Source of the DNA: Candidatus Velthaea sp.
GTDB taxonomy: Bacteria > Vulcanimicrobiota > Vulcanimicrobiia > Vulcanimicrobiales > Vulcanimicrobiaceae
Direction of reading: 5' to 3'
Assembly (NCBI GenBank): GCA_965214935.1
Contig: CBDCCS010000018.1
Coordinates: forward strand, 32,001-96,000
DNA length: 64,000 nucleotides
The translations under genes and the position numbers were made by a program. Positions 47,761 to 58,509 of the stretch are shown here, one piece after another (the first letter of the stretch is position 1; each line of letters starts with the position of its first letter). Below the pieces are notes generated by a model. That model did not search any database, was not told where the DNA came from, and saw nothing but the letters and a program-made list of their open reading frames with translations.

Positions 47761-49509
47761 ATGACTCGGCCGGCCAACTCGGATATCGCAAAAGTTCTCA
47801 TCCAAATTCGGACGCTTATGGAATTCGCCGGCGAGCCGTTCTTCAAATTCATGGCGTACGAGCGAGCCGCGGAAACACTTGAGAATGCGCCGCCGATTGC
47901 CGATCTCGCCGCCGCGGGGCGGTTGCAAGAGCTGCCCGGAATCGGAAAGACCATTGCGAGCCGGATCGCGGAGATTTGCGCCACTGGAAGCTGCGGCCAA
48001 CTCGAAGAACTCAAGGCGCGCTATCCGCTGAGTTTGGTGGAACTTTTGGGCGTTACGGGCGTCGGAATGAAGACCGCGCAAGCGCTGTTCGGCACGCTCG
48101 GAATCGCGTCGCTGGCCGATCTCGATGCGGCGCTGGCGGCCGGCCGGCTTGACGGCATGCCTCGCTTGGGAGCCAAGACCATCGATAACATGCGGCGCGG
48201 AGTTCTCGCCTATAAAGGCCGCCGGCGCCGGACGCCGCTCGGGGAAGCCTTGCCGCTTGCGCGCGAGATCGTTGCGTATCTGCGCGAGCGCACCGACGCT
48301 GCCGATCTCACGCACGCGGGCAGCGTCCGGCGCCAAGAGCCGACCGTCGGTGACATCGACATCTTGTGCACCTCGCACGATCCGCAATCGGTCATCGCTG
48401 CCTTCACCGGCTGGGAGCGGGCCGAGGCCGTACTCGCGGAAGGCGATACCAAAGCCAGCATCTGGCTTAAGGGCGGTTTGCAGATCGATCTGCGCGTTCT
48501 GCCGGCGCATTTGTACGGCAATCTGTTGCAGCATTTTACCGGCAGCCGCGAACACAACATTCAACTGCGCGAGCTTGCCGTCCGCAAGAATTTGCGCGTG
48601 AGTGAAAACGGCATCGTCGATTTGACCGATGGTTCGCTGACCGCTTGCCGTACCGAAGAAGACGTGTATGCAAAGCTCGGCTTAGCGTACATTCCGCCCG
48701 AACTCCGGCTGGGCATCGGTGAAATTGAAGCGGCCCGTGACGGTACTCTACCTATTGTCGTCGACGTCGCCGATCTGCGCGGCGATTTTCACATGCATTG
48801 TACGTGGAGCGACGGGCGCAATACGCTCGAAGCGATGATCGCGGCGGCGGCGGCACGCGGTTATGCCTATCACTCGGTCAGCGATCATTCATGGGGCCGC
48901 GGCGGCATGGGGTTGTCGCCCGAAGATCTGCGCGCTCAACGCGCTCGCCTGGCTGAGATCGGCGACCGGTACGGCGTGCGTTCACTCCGTTCGAGTGAAG
49001 TCGACATTTTGCCCGACGGCACGCTGGACTATGACGACGCGGTCCTCGCCGACCTCGATATTGTCGTGGCTAGCGTTCATTCCGCGGTGAACATATCGCG
49101 CGACGACATGACGCGCCGGTTGATTCGCGCGTGCGAGAATCCGTACGTCAATATCATCGGTCATCCGACAGGGCGGCACGTCGAGACGTTTCCCGGCTAC
49201 GAGTTTGATTACGATGCCGTATTCGCCGCCGCCGCGCGGACGGGGACTGCGCTGGAAATTGACGGTCAGCCGAATCGGCTCGATTTGCCGAGTTCGCTCG
49301 CGCGACGCGCGCGCGAGTTCGGCGTCACGTTCAGCTGCGATTCCGACGCGCATGGGTCGGCGCAACTTGCCAACGTCGCGTACGCCGTCGGTCAGGCGCG
49401 CCGGGCCTGGTTACGGCCGCAGGATGTGCTTAACACGCGCGACTTAGCCGGTGTGCTCGCCTTCGTCGAAGAGAAACGCCGGCGCACGAACGGGGCTGTC
49501 TCGGCTTAA
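47761..49509 (+). CDS. polX: DNA polymerase X with C-terminal PHP domain
   Basis: HhH GIGKTIA, GSVRR..VGDIDIL, HFTGSREHN, DFHMHCTWSDG, SDAH. Confidence 0.92.
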   Translation: MTRPANSDIAKVLIQIRTLMEFAGEPFFKFMAYERAAETLENAPPIADLAAAGRLQELPGIGKTIASRIAEICATGSCGQLEELKARYPLSLVELLGVTGVGMKTAQALFGTLGIASLADLDAALAAGRLDGMPRLGAKTIDNMRRGVLAYKGRRRRTPLGEALPLAREIVAYLRERTDAADLTHAGSVRRQEPTVGDIDILCTSHDPQSVIAAFTGWERAEAVLAEGDTKASIWLKGGLQIDLRVLPAHLYGNLLQHFTGSREHNIQLRELAVRKNLRVSENGIVDLTDGSLTACRTEEDVYAKLGLAYIPPELRLGIGEIEAARDGTLPIVVDVADLRGDFHMHCTWSDGRNTLEAMIAAAAARGYAYHSVSDHSWGRGGMGLSPEDLRAQRARLAEIGDRYGVRSLRSSEVDILPDGTLDYDDAVLADLDIVVASVHSAVNISRDDMTRRLIRACENPYVNIIGHPTGRHVETFPGYEFDYDAVFAAAARTGTALEIDGQPNRLDLPSSLARRAREFGVTFSCDSDAHGSAQLANVAYAVGQARRAWLRPQDVLNTRDLAGVLAFVEEKRRRTNGAVSA

Positions 49510-51695
49510 AAGCGTTCGCTATAGGCGAAAGCGGCGGCGGCGTCGAGTGGTTCGCTGAACAGAAAACCTTGTCCGAAGCGGCAACCGAACGTCTCGAGAT
49601 CGCGCACCTGCTGTTCGGTGCGAACGCCTTGAGCGATCGCGGTAATGCCCAGATGGTGCGCTAACGTCGCGACCGTTCGCACGATCTCAAAGCCGCTGCG
49701 TGAGTTCATGCTCGTCACGAACATCGCGTCGATTTTCAAGCCTTGCACCGGCATGTGCTGCAACGCCGCCAAGGTCGAATAGCCCGTCCCGAAGTCGTCG
49801 ACGTGAAGCTCGATGCCCAGCCGCCGTATGTCTTGCAGCAGCGTCCGCGTCCGTTCGGAGCGCTCCAAGAACGAGCTTTCGGGAATCTCGAGATGCAGCG
49901 ACCCGGCCGGTATCCCCGTCGTCCGCAAAACTTCGTTCAAGGTCGGTACAAGCCCGGGATGATTGAAGCTCTTTAGCGACAGATTCACGTTGACGTGCAA
50001 CGGTCGCGTCGAGTGCACTGCCGTTTGCCACTGCTTGAGCTGCGCGCACGCCTGATGCAAAACCCAGCGATCGACATCGATGATCAGGTCGGTCGCTTGA
50101 GCGAGCGGAAGGAAATCGTGCGGTTCGATCAAGCCGCGCTGCGGATGCTGCCAGCGGATGAGTGCCTCGAAGCCCGCCGGCCGGCGCGTCGCTAGGTCCA
50201 CGATCGGTTGATACCGCAGCGCTAGCTCGTTGCGGTCGAGTGCCGCTCGTAATTCGGCGTGCTCTTTAGGCGTGGCGCCCGCCTGCATCGCCGAACTGAA
50301 CGTAACCGACTTTGCGCGTCCGCGCTGCTTCGCAGCATACATCGCGAGATCGGCATCGGCCAGGATGTCCTCCGGTTTCGCATGCTTGTCGTGACACATG
50401 GCGATGCCGACACTGGCGGAAACCTTGACCGTTTGCTCGCCGGCGTTTAAGGGTGCTGCCATGTTTGCGCCGATGCGTTCGGCAATTTCCTGGACATCGG
50501 CGAGCCCGTCGACGCCGTCGAGCAGAACGGCAAATTCATCGCCGCCGATCCGCGCGATGATGTCGTGATCGCGCACGGATCCGACCAGTCGCCGGGCAAC
50601 ACCTTGCAATAGAATGTCGGCGGCGTTATGCCCGACGACGTCATTGATTTGCTTGAAATTGTCGAGATCGACGAACAGCACGGCAAAAACATGCGACGCG
50701 TGACGCTTGCGAAAGGCGATCGCGCGCTGCACGTGCTCGTAAAAGGCGGCGCGGTTCGGTACGTTCGTCAGGTGATCGTGAAATGCGCGATGTTGCAGAC
50801 CGGCGGCCGTAAAGTGACGTTCCGTGATGTCATGCGCGACGAGAACGTATCCGCGCGGCGTGTTGCTGCTGCCGGAGTGGATGCGCGATAACTTGCTGCT
50901 GGCGAAAAACTGCGTTCCGTCGTCGCGTACGACCCAGCCCTCATAATCGGCCGTACCGTGCGTTGCCGCAGCGTCGAGTTGGCGCGTCGCGATCCCGGCT
51001 TGGCGGTCGAGATTGAGAAAGAGCGCCGCAAAGTCGGTGCCGACGATATCGTCTTCACGATAACCGAAAAGTTGCCGAGCGCCGGGATTCCAACTTGCAA
51101 TGATGCCGTCGACATCGAGCGAGACGATCGCGTATTCGCTGATGCTGTCGACGAGAAGGCGCAGCTGTTCTTCGCTGTCGCTAAGTGCGTTCATCACGTT
51201 GCGTGCATCGGTATCGTCGTGAACGAGCTTTGTAAAGCCGATAACGCTGCCGTCCGTTGCTTTAATGGTCGCAACGGTATTGGTGCCCCAAAAGCGAGAG
51301 CCGTCGTTGCGAACGTGCCAACGGCCTTTTTCGACGTGACCGCCTTTCATGGCAGCCGCGAGTTCGCGTCCGGGTTCGCCGGCGCGAACATCTTCGGGCG
51401 TGAAAATCAACTCGAACGACCGCTCGAGCACTTCGGCAGCCGTGTAGCCGAAGGTGCGCTCTGCACCGACATTCCAGCTTACGATGCGACCGCTTTCGGA
51501 TAACGCAAATACCGCATGATCGGTAAGGCTCTCAATGAGAAACTCGTAAAGCGTTCCGGCTTCCGCGCGCGCCGCGCCGATGGCTATATCCTCTCGAACC
51601 GTGCACGACACAGCCGGCAGTGCGCTGTCCGCGGCATTCGGAGCACCGGCGTCGTCTTCAATGCGGTTTGTTCGATACGGTAATAACACGGGCAA
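49506..51695 (-). CDS. PAS-PAS-GGDEF-EAL c-di-GMP protein
   Basis: Two PAS domains (SWNVGAE, SWNPGAR), RIGGDEF with RxxD I-site, FEALIRW, DDFGTGYS. Confidence 0.92.
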   Translation of the reverse strand: MPVLLPYRTNRIEDDAGAPNAADSALPAVSCTVREDIAIGAARAEAGTLYEFLIESLTDHAVFALSESGRIVSWNVGAERTFGYTAAEVLERSFELIFTPEDVRAGEPGRELAAAMKGGHVEKGRWHVRNDGSRFWGTNTVATIKATDGSVIGFTKLVHDDTDARNVMNALSDSEEQLRLLVDSISEYAIVSLDVDGIIASWNPGARQLFGYREDDIVGTDFAALFLNLDRQAGIATRQLDAAATHGTADYEGWVVRDDGTQFFASSKLSRIHSGSSNTPRGYVLVAHDITERHFTAAGLQHRAFHDHLTNVPNRAAFYEHVQRAIAFRKRHASHVFAVLFVDLDNFKQINDVVGHNAADILLQGVARRLVGSVRDHDIIARIGGDEFAVLLDGVDGLADVQEIAERIGANMAAPLNAGEQTVKVSASVGIAMCHDKHAKPEDILADADLAMYAAKQRGRAKSVTFSSAMQAGATPKEHAELRAALDRNELALRYQPIVDLATRRPAGFEALIRWQHPQRGLIEPHDFLPLAQATDLIIDVDRWVLHQACAQLKQWQTAVHSTRPLHVNVNLSLKSFNHPGLVPTLNEVLRTTGIPAGSLHLEIPESSFLERSERTRTLLQDIRRLGIELHVDDFGTGYSTLAALQHMPVQGLKIDAMFVTSMNSRSGFEIVRTVATLAHHLGITAIAQGVRTEQQVRDLETFGCRFGQGFLFSEPLDAAAAFAYSERF

Positions 51696-52094
51696 TTGCG
51701 ATCCTATCGGTTTACGAACGCCGGCTTACAAGCGGGATACGAAGCGCGATACGGTGCCTAGCCGCGCGAGCCATTCGTTAGAATCGTACTCATAGCAACT
51801 TGTCAGTAAGAGGCGTGTAAAGTTTTACGGGCGGTTGAATTTTGGATAGTTTCTATCCGAGAAAGAGGAGCAACGACGTGTAACCGTCTGCAAAAATAGT
51901 ACATCTGTGCGCTTGGCTTCGTTAGAGTTTCAAGGGCACGGCTCGCAAGATAAGGCGATCCATCGGCAAGCAACTTATGCGCACTAACACCTAGTACGAT
52001 AAAGATCCACTCGTTATATGCGTTAGCGGGAATCTGCTATTTCACACGCCCGTACGTCGCTTCGAGCTACGCTCGGCGGTACGCTATCGCGTCG

Positions 52095-52841
52095 CTAACC
52101 TTGATTCGGACGTTCCGTGGTATGAAATGCTTCGCCGTTTTGCTCGTTGAACGAGCGCGCGAATTCGCGCGCGTTGATCGCATAACACTCGCACGATGCT
52201 GCTTCTAACCCCTGGCGATCGCGAATCTCGACATGTCCGCGACTGTACCGGATCAGGCCGGCTTCTTGCAATGCGCCGGCAGCGATGCTCACGCCGGGCC
52301 GGCTGACACCGAGCATGATCGAAAGAAACTCTTGCGTCAAGTCGAACTCGCCGCCGCCCAGTATGCGATCGTGCGTCAGCAATAGCCAGCGCGCGCAGCG
52401 CTCGTTCACGGTGTGGAGCCGATTACAGGCAATCGACTGCCCCATGAAGTTGAATAACGCCTCGGTGTAGCGTAACACGATGCGCCGAAACGTTGGAGCC
52501 GATGCAAAGTTCGTTAAGAATACTTCGACCGGTAACGAAAGCACATTGCCGCGAACCTGACAAATCATTTTACTCGGAGCGTGGGTGCCGCCCAAGATGA
52601 GTTGAGCGCCGGAGATGCCTTCACGTCCGAACGTGCCGATCTCAACGGCGGTACCGTCGCGCATGACGGTAAGCACCGACAACACCGCCCCGGCCGGAAA
52701 ATACACGTCGGCAATGCGCGCTTTTGCTTCGTACAAGACGGCCGGCACTGCGAGTGCGGCTCGCTTGAGGTGCGGGCGAAGGTCTTCGGCTTCTGCTTCC
52801 GGGAGCGCATCGAGGATCAAATTACCGAACGGCTCAATCAC
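52095..52841 (-). CDS. Crp/Fnr-family regulator
   Basis: cNMP-binding domain plus HTH ERCARWLL..LTQEFLSIMLGVSRPGVS. Confidence 0.9.
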   Translation of the reverse strand: MIEPFGNLILDALPEAEAEDLRPHLKRAALAVPAVLYEAKARIADVYFPAGAVLSVLTVMRDGTAVEIGTFGREGISGAQLILGGTHAPSKMICQVRGNVLSLPVEVFLTNFASAPTFRRIVLRYTEALFNFMGQSIACNRLHTVNERCARWLLLTHDRILGGGEFDLTQEFLSIMLGVSRPGVSIAAGALQEAGLIRYSRGHVEIRDRQGLEAASCECYAINAREFARSFNEQNGEAFHTTERPNQG

Positions 52842-52990
52842 AATACCATTGCCTACTCACCAGCTGTCGTCCAGCAAATAGACGTCGTTGCCGCCTGCTA
52901 AATAACTAGATCACTGTACCACGACACGCCATGGACAAATCACCTCAAAAACGCTATTGACTTTTAAGGATAGTCTTTAAGGACAGGTTT

Positions 52991-53119
52991 CTAGTGAAAT
53001 AGTGCCAGCGCATTTTTCACGCTTACGAAGACGCCCCAGGCGAATGGCAGGCCGACGAACAGCCAGGCTGCGACAAGCTTACCGGTATTTTCGGTATTGG
53101 ATCGTGGTAGCTGCGTCAT
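52991..53119 (-). CDS. Small membrane protein associated with OFA-type MFS transporter
   Basis: MTQ...AAWLFVGLPFAWGV..KNALALF, 42 aa, directly downstream of the transporter. Confidence 0.7.
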   Translation of the reverse strand: MTQLPRSNTENTGKLVAAWLFVGLPFAWGVFVSVKNALALFH

Positions 53120-53135
53120 CGTATGCGCTCCGAAC

Positions 53136-54503
53136 TCAGCGTACTGCCGGCACGGCGTTATCGACGTTTTGCACCGCACCGACCGGCTTCACGAGGAAGT
53201 TGCAAACAAGCCCGACGAGCAGCAGTGCGGCCATAATATACAGCGTCGTCGAGTAGGCATCGCTTTTCGCGACGCCGTGATTGATTTGATACTCGCGGAT
53301 GTAGTTCACCAGCACCGGTCCGGCAACGCCCGCTGCCGACCACGCAGTAAGCAGGCGGCCGTGAATCGCACCGACGTTGAGCGTTCCGAAAAGGTCGCGC
53401 AAATAAGCCGGAATAGTCGCAAAACCGCCGCCGTACATGCTCAAGATGAGTCCGTACATCAGCACGAACAGCGCGATATTTCCGCTCCGTCCGAAGGATG
53501 GGATCGTTGCATATAGTACCGCGCCCGCCGCGAAAAAGATAAAGAACGTCGGACGCCGTCCGATGTAATCGGACATCGACGCCCAGAAAATTCGGCCGCC
53601 CATATTGAAGAGGCTCAGCAGGCCGACGAAACCGGCTGCAGCGGCGATGCTGATGCGATCCGGAAACATCTCTTGGATCATCAGCGAAGCTTGACTCAGT
53701 ACGCCGATACCCGCGGTCACGTTGACGAACAACATCGCCCAAAGTAAGTAGAATTGCGGCGTGCGTACCGCCGTACCGACCAGGATGTTTTGCGTCGTGA
53801 TCATTTTGCCGGCAGTGCGCGGCTGGTAACCGGCCGGAGCGTAATCCGGCGGCGCTACGCGTACGATAAACGCGCCGACGAGCATGAAGCAGAGGTACAC
53901 GGCACCCATCGTCAAGAGCGTCGGCGCGACGCCCGTCGAGACCGGGTTCGCATGCGAACCATAAAACTTCATCAAGTTGATTGCTAACGGAGCACCGATA
54001 AGCGCGCCGCCGCCGAAACCCATAATCGCCGTACCGGTCGCTAGGCCCGGCCGATCGGGAAACCACTTGATGAGCGTCGAGACGGGCGAAATATAGCCGA
54101 TGCCGAGGCCCGTACCGCCGACGACGCCGTAGCCGAAGAAGACGAGCCACAATGCATGCAGTGCCACGCCGCCGCCGGCAATGAGCAATCCGCCCGCAAA
54201 GCAGAGCGCCGCCACGAACATCGCTTTGCGCGGACCGACGGTTTCCACCCAACGCCCGCCGAAAGCTGCCGATAAACCGAGAAACACGATTGCGAGACTG
54301 AAAATCCAGCCGAGTTGCGTAACGCTCCAATCGCCGGCCGTCGGCGCGCTGACGCCGATGAGTTGCGCGAGCGGTTTGGTGAATACACTTAGGGCATACG
54401 CCTGTCCAATAGCCAGATGGATGCACAATGCGGCCGGCGGGACGAGCCAGCGACTAAACCCCGGGCCGGCGACCGAATGCGAACGATCGAGAAAATCAGC
54501 CAT
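53136..54503 (-). CDS. OFA-family (oxalate/formate antiporter-like) MFS transporter
   Basis: GIGYISPVSTLIKWFPDRPG, YGGGFATIPAYL, HGRLLTAWS. Confidence 0.9.
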   Translation of the reverse strand: MADFLDRSHSVAGPGFSRWLVPPAALCIHLAIGQAYALSVFTKPLAQLIGVSAPTAGDWSVTQLGWIFSLAIVFLGLSAAFGGRWVETVGPRKAMFVAALCFAGGLLIAGGGVALHALWLVFFGYGVVGGTGLGIGYISPVSTLIKWFPDRPGLATGTAIMGFGGGALIGAPLAINLMKFYGSHANPVSTGVAPTLLTMGAVYLCFMLVGAFIVRVAPPDYAPAGYQPRTAGKMITTQNILVGTAVRTPQFYLLWAMLFVNVTAGIGVLSQASLMIQEMFPDRISIAAAAGFVGLLSLFNMGGRIFWASMSDYIGRRPTFFIFFAAGAVLYATIPSFGRSGNIALFVLMYGLILSMYGGGFATIPAYLRDLFGTLNVGAIHGRLLTAWSAAGVAGPVLVNYIREYQINHGVAKSDAYSTTLYIMAALLLVGLVCNFLVKPVGAVQNVDNAVPAVR

Positions 54504-54638
54504 GCGATCCTTTCACAGCGGTAAACGCAGTGATCCAGAGTTACCATCGACGCTTCGGCGACAAATACGAGCGTACTGCCGAAAATCGCAGCCGCGTATG
54601 CAGGTGCGGCCGGCGAGCGTCTTCGCGAACGTACGCGC

Positions 54639-55169
54639 GTGACGTCGCGGGCACGCTTTTTAGCGGTCGCCGGCGGCGTGCTGGCGCTTGCGGCGCGGCG
54701 TCGTGATGAAGACGGCTGGCATCACATTCACGGACCGAACGGGCTTGCGCTCTCGACGCGGACTCCGCTGGATCTCACATTCGTCACCGTCGAGTCGGCG
54801 GTATTCCGGTTAGCCGATCACCGCGATAAGGTCATCGTCGTTAATTTATTTGCGTCGTGGTGCGGACCGTGCAATGCCGAAGCGCCGGACGTTACGGCCT
54901 TTGCCGCCGCGCATGCCGCCGATACGATCGTCATCAGCGTCGATGTCGGAGAACCGGCGACGACGGCCCGCCGATTCAAAGAACATTTTGCGATCGACTA
55001 TCCGGTCGCCGCGGACGAATCGTCGAGCGTCTATAAAACAATCGGCATGCAGGCATATCCGACGACGCTCTTCATCCGGCCCAACGGCTATTTGTCGTGC
55101 GCGTTCGTCGGGCAACTGTCGCGCGAGGACCTCGAAGCCGAGCGCAGCTATGCACTAGCAGCCACCTAA
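54639..55169 (+). CDS. TlpA-like thiol-disulfide oxidoreductase
   Basis: VNLFASWCGPC and YPTT thioredoxin-fold motifs. Confidence 0.8.
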   Translation: MTSRARFLAVAGGVLALAARRRDEDGWHHIHGPNGLALSTRTPLDLTFVTVESAVFRLADHRDKVIVVNLFASWCGPCNAEAPDVTAFAAAHAADTIVISVDVGEPATTARRFKEHFAIDYPVAADESSSVYKTIGMQAYPTTLFIRPNGYLSCAFVGQLSREDLEAERSYALAAT

Positions 55170-56065
55170 CGGCGCATGCCGCCGCGTCCGGTCGAACCAC
55201 GCGACGACTCGATCGACCGGGCGTTGCCGCCCGCGAATCGGCCGCTCGCATTCAGCGGCGCCGCCGCTGCCGGCCGCGCTGCTCCACCGACCGGGGTGCG
55301 CTGGCCGTAACCGCGCTGCGCGAACACGCTCGAACGTCCGCCGCCTTGCACGTAACGTTCGGCATAGCCGGCCGGTGCTTGTGCGCCGGCATCCGGGCGG
55401 CCGGCGAACGAACGGCGGTTGAATGCCGCCGGAACATGACCGCCGTCGGCGCGGACTTCTGCACCCGAGAATGCCCGTGCGGTGCCGGCCGCGACACCGA
55501 CGCGGCCTTCGAAGCCGCGGTCGCCGCCGTCAGAATCACGCCGGCCGACGTAGCCGCCGAAATACCGATGACCGTCCCACGGCCGGCCATAAAAGCCATG
55601 CCGCTCGAAGCGGCCGTAGCCGCCGCCGAAAATAAACGCAATGCTGAACGACGGACCGTAGCCGTAGCCGAAACCCGGAGCCCAATAACCCGGACCGTAA
55701 TAGACCGGAGTCGGTAAAACACCCGAGTAGTTGTACGGCGTATCGATCTCGTTTGCATTGAAAACCGAACCGCCGCCGTAGCCCTCGATCGTAACGCTCA
55801 TACCCGGCGCTAACGTCAATCCGGTCGGATTGATGATCGTCCCTTGATGCAGTGCAATCGTGTCGACGAAACCGCGGTCGTCGTCAAGGGCGATGCGAAA
55901 CGTTCCGTCGACCGAAGCAATTCGGCCGTGGATCGTTTCGTCGGTGCTGACGACATCGGAATGAGCGTACGATGGAAGATCTTGAGCCCGAGTCGCCAGC
56001 GGCGCGAGCAACCCTCCTAGCGCCAGCGTGAACAGCGGCAGACGGAGTAAACGCGCGATAGTCAT
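55166..56065 (-). CDS. Secreted hypothetical protein with Gly/Arg-rich tail
   Basis: Signal peptide; DDRGFVD..LHQGTIINPTGLTL domain; low-complexity C-terminus. Confidence 0.6.
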   Translation of the reverse strand: MTIARLLRLPLFTLALGGLLAPLATRAQDLPSYAHSDVVSTDETIHGRIASVDGTFRIALDDDRGFVDTIALHQGTIINPTGLTLAPGMSVTIEGYGGGSVFNANEIDTPYNYSGVLPTPVYYGPGYWAPGFGYGYGPSFSIAFIFGGGYGRFERHGFYGRPWDGHRYFGGYVGRRDSDGGDRGFEGRVGVAAGTARAFSGAEVRADGGHVPAAFNRRSFAGRPDAGAQAPAGYAERYVQGGGRSSVFAQRGYGQRTPVGGAARPAAAAPLNASGRFAGGNARSIESSRGSTGRGGMRR

Positions 56066-56180
56066 GACATCCTCCAGGCTCCGGTGATAGGAGCACTACC
56101 GATCATACCGCATTCGCCATACAAATACATGAGACGGTTTGAAGCGTGCGAACAGCGGTTAGCCTTCGCTGTCGCAGCCG

Positions 56181-58508
56181 CTACCGGCCCGATTCGAACG
56201 AGCCCGACGATGGTTCGGCAGCGTGTCCCCGAACGGCATGCCAAAGAATATCGTTGAGTTCGCCGTCGGGCACCGCATCTTCACGGGAAAAATCGAGCCG
56301 TGCGCTATCCTCCGCCCGGTACGCTGTCTTGAGATTCAGCGCGTGGACGTCGGTCGAGGGCGGCATGGCGACAAACGGGCGCAGGTCCGGCGTCGTCCGG
56401 AATGCTTGGGACAACGGACGCGCACCGGCATCGTACGGCGTCAGCGGCGGCATACCGAAGATCAGCTCGATCGTTCGCAGGACGCCGGCCGTCGTGTAGG
56501 TTGCGTGACCGATGCCGCCTTTGGCGTACGGTGAAATGAGATAGAACGTCGAGCGCTGCTCGTCGACGTGATCGGCGCCGTTCTGCGCATCGTCTTCCAA
56601 GATAAAGATCGCGGTGTCTTTCCAATACGGCCCATGTGAGACGGTGTCGGCAAGCATTCCGACGGCGGCATCGTTATCGGCGACCATTCCCTGCGGCGTC
56701 ACCGTACCGGGTCGCGTCCCCGCGGTGTGATCGCGTGGCAAGCGCACGACTTCAATTTGCGGTACCGTGCCGGCTGCGACGAACGCGCTATACTCGCGCT
56801 TCCACTCGCGAAACCGGTCGACGTCTGCAACGGCCATGTCGAAGGTCGGATAGTGCAGGTCGGTGCGATCGCGCAATTCGGCAAAGTCGGTCGTAACGTC
56901 GCTACCCGGCAGTGCGCCCGGCGTGCTGAACTCACCGTAGTTCCGGAACGTCACGCCGTTGCGGGCGGCAAGGTTCCAAAGATAGCCCGCATGCGGCGTT
57001 GCCGCATGGGCACCGTCCTCGAAATCATACACCGGCCGCCGGCCGGCATATTCGGGCGGCCACATTTTCTCGAGATAGTCGTTGGCAAACGCCGCCATCG
57101 ACCAGTTATGGCCGTCCGCGCTGACCTGAGCGTTGTCGAAGAAGCGATCGAATATGCCGAACCGGGCGGCGATCGCGTGTTGATTGGGTGTCACCTGCGC
57201 GCCGAACATCACGAGGCGTGGATCGCCGTCTGCCGCCGGCAGATCGCCTAACACTTGGTCGTACGTGCGGTTCTCTTTGATGACGTAGATGACGTGTGCG
57301 ATCGGGCCGCCGGCGTGCACGATCGGATCGGCCGGGAGCGCGGCAATGTGGTACGGCGGCCCGAGCCGGCCCAGTTCGCGCATGCTGCCCGCGAGTTGCG
57401 CATCGGTTGGAATCGCTAGACGGCGCACCGATCCGGCGAGATTCGCGGCAATGTAGCCCGGCCGGTCGTCGCCGGCATGGACGCGAGCGAGCGGTGCATA
57501 GCCGGGGTTCGGATGGCCGCTCTCGCCTTTGCCGTCGAGCACGTATAGCGCGCCGGCGCGCCGGTCGACGGCGACGCCCGTCGGATACCAGCCCGTCGGG
57601 ATCGCGCCGATCGCAGTTGCGCCGCGCGTATCGAGCCGCATGACCACGACGGCATTTGCCGCACCGCAAGTGACGTAAAGCCGGTCACCGTCAAGGGTCA
57701 AGGCGTTTGGAGAAGCGCCGACGATTTGGTTCAAGCCGAGTGCTGCACGCGCAATGGTGCGACCGGTCGCGAGGTCGATAATGCTGATGTCGTCGTCGTC
57801 TGCGTCCGCAACGTACAGCCGGATTCCGTCGCTCGCGAGTGCCGACGGATGCAATCCGACGCTTGCCGCACCCGTCTTGCCCTTGAACGGATCGACGATG
57901 TCGACGGTTCGGCCGTCCCAGTCGGCGACGAACGCACGGGTGCCGTCGGCGCTAAAAGCGGTCGCTTTCGGATGTCCGCCGGTGCTCCAAACTGCCGAGA
58001 CGGTGCCCGCCCGCTCGTCAACGAACGCTACTCGTGCGGCGAGATCGCCGGTTACGGCCAGCGTTTTACCATCCGGCGAGCGCGCAACGGACGTCGCGTA
58101 AAAGTCATTTCCGAGGTCGATCGTCCGATCGACTTTGGCCGTCGTCGTGTCGATGTGAACGATCGCATTCGAGCTCGCACCGGCAACCCACACGCCGTCA
58201 CCGCCGTTATCGCGCAGCGCAATCCCGAATGCATCGGGAAGTGGGACACGAGCGGTCGTTGCAAGCGTCCGGGTGTCGACGATGCGTAAGGCCGGTTTCC
58301 CATAGCCGGCCTCGACGATGAATGCGCGGGTGCCGTCGCTCGAGAGCGTGATGCCTTGCGGCAAGGTGCCGATGACGGCCACCGGTCCGGCCGGCGCCGC
58401 GATCGACCAATCGTTGGGCAGATGCAATGGACCGGGCGCAGCAAATGCGGCCGCGCCGAGCGCCGCGCTTCCGGCGAAGGCGGCCAACAGGCGCAGCGAG
58501 GCCTGCAA
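56181..58508 (-). CDS. YVTN/YncE beta-propeller plus phosphoesterase (alkaline-phosphatase superfamily)
   Basis: Propeller repeats (GLHPSAL, TGWYPTG), IKENRTYDQV, SADGHNW, EDDAQNGADHVD. Confidence 0.85.
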   Translation of the reverse strand: MQASLRLLAAFAGSAALGAAAFAAPGPLHLPNDWSIAAPAGPVAVIGTLPQGITLSSDGTRAFIVEAGYGKPALRIVDTRTLATTARVPLPDAFGIALRDNGGDGVWVAGASSNAIVHIDTTTAKVDRTIDLGNDFYATSVARSPDGKTLAVTGDLAARVAFVDERAGTVSAVWSTGGHPKATAFSADGTRAFVADWDGRTVDIVDPFKGKTGAASVGLHPSALASDGIRLYVADADDDDISIIDLATGRTIARAALGLNQIVGASPNALTLDGDRLYVTCGAANAVVVMRLDTRGATAIGAIPTGWYPTGVAVDRRAGALYVLDGKGESGHPNPGYAPLARVHAGDDRPGYIAANLAGSVRRLAIPTDAQLAGSMRELGRLGPPYHIAALPADPIVHAGGPIAHVIYVIKENRTYDQVLGDLPAADGDPRLVMFGAQVTPNQHAIAARFGIFDRFFDNAQVSADGHNWSMAAFANDYLEKMWPPEYAGRRPVYDFEDGAHAATPHAGYLWNLAARNGVTFRNYGEFSTPGALPGSDVTTDFAELRDRTDLHYPTFDMAVADVDRFREWKREYSAFVAAGTVPQIEVVRLPRDHTAGTRPGTVTPQGMVADNDAAVGMLADTVSHGPYWKDTAIFILEDDAQNGADHVDEQRSTFYLISPYAKGGIGHATYTTAGVLRTIELIFGMPPLTPYDAGARPLSQAFRTTPDLRPFVAMPPSTDVHALNLKTAYRAEDSARLDFSREDAVPDGELNDILWHAVRGHAAEPSSGSFESGR

Positions 58509-58509
58509 T

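Noticed and set aside
47011..48564. 517-aa minus-strand ORF and similar long antisense ORFs (e.g. 53158..54426, 58052..59119, 60470..61435)
   Set aside because: Antisense or alternate-frame shadows of well-supported genes in high-GC DNA, Arg/Ala-rich and without motifs.
51700..52090. AT-richer intergenic region as a possible riboswitch or sRNA
   Set aside because: No recognisable aptamer consensus; most simply the promoter region of the GGDEF-EAL gene.
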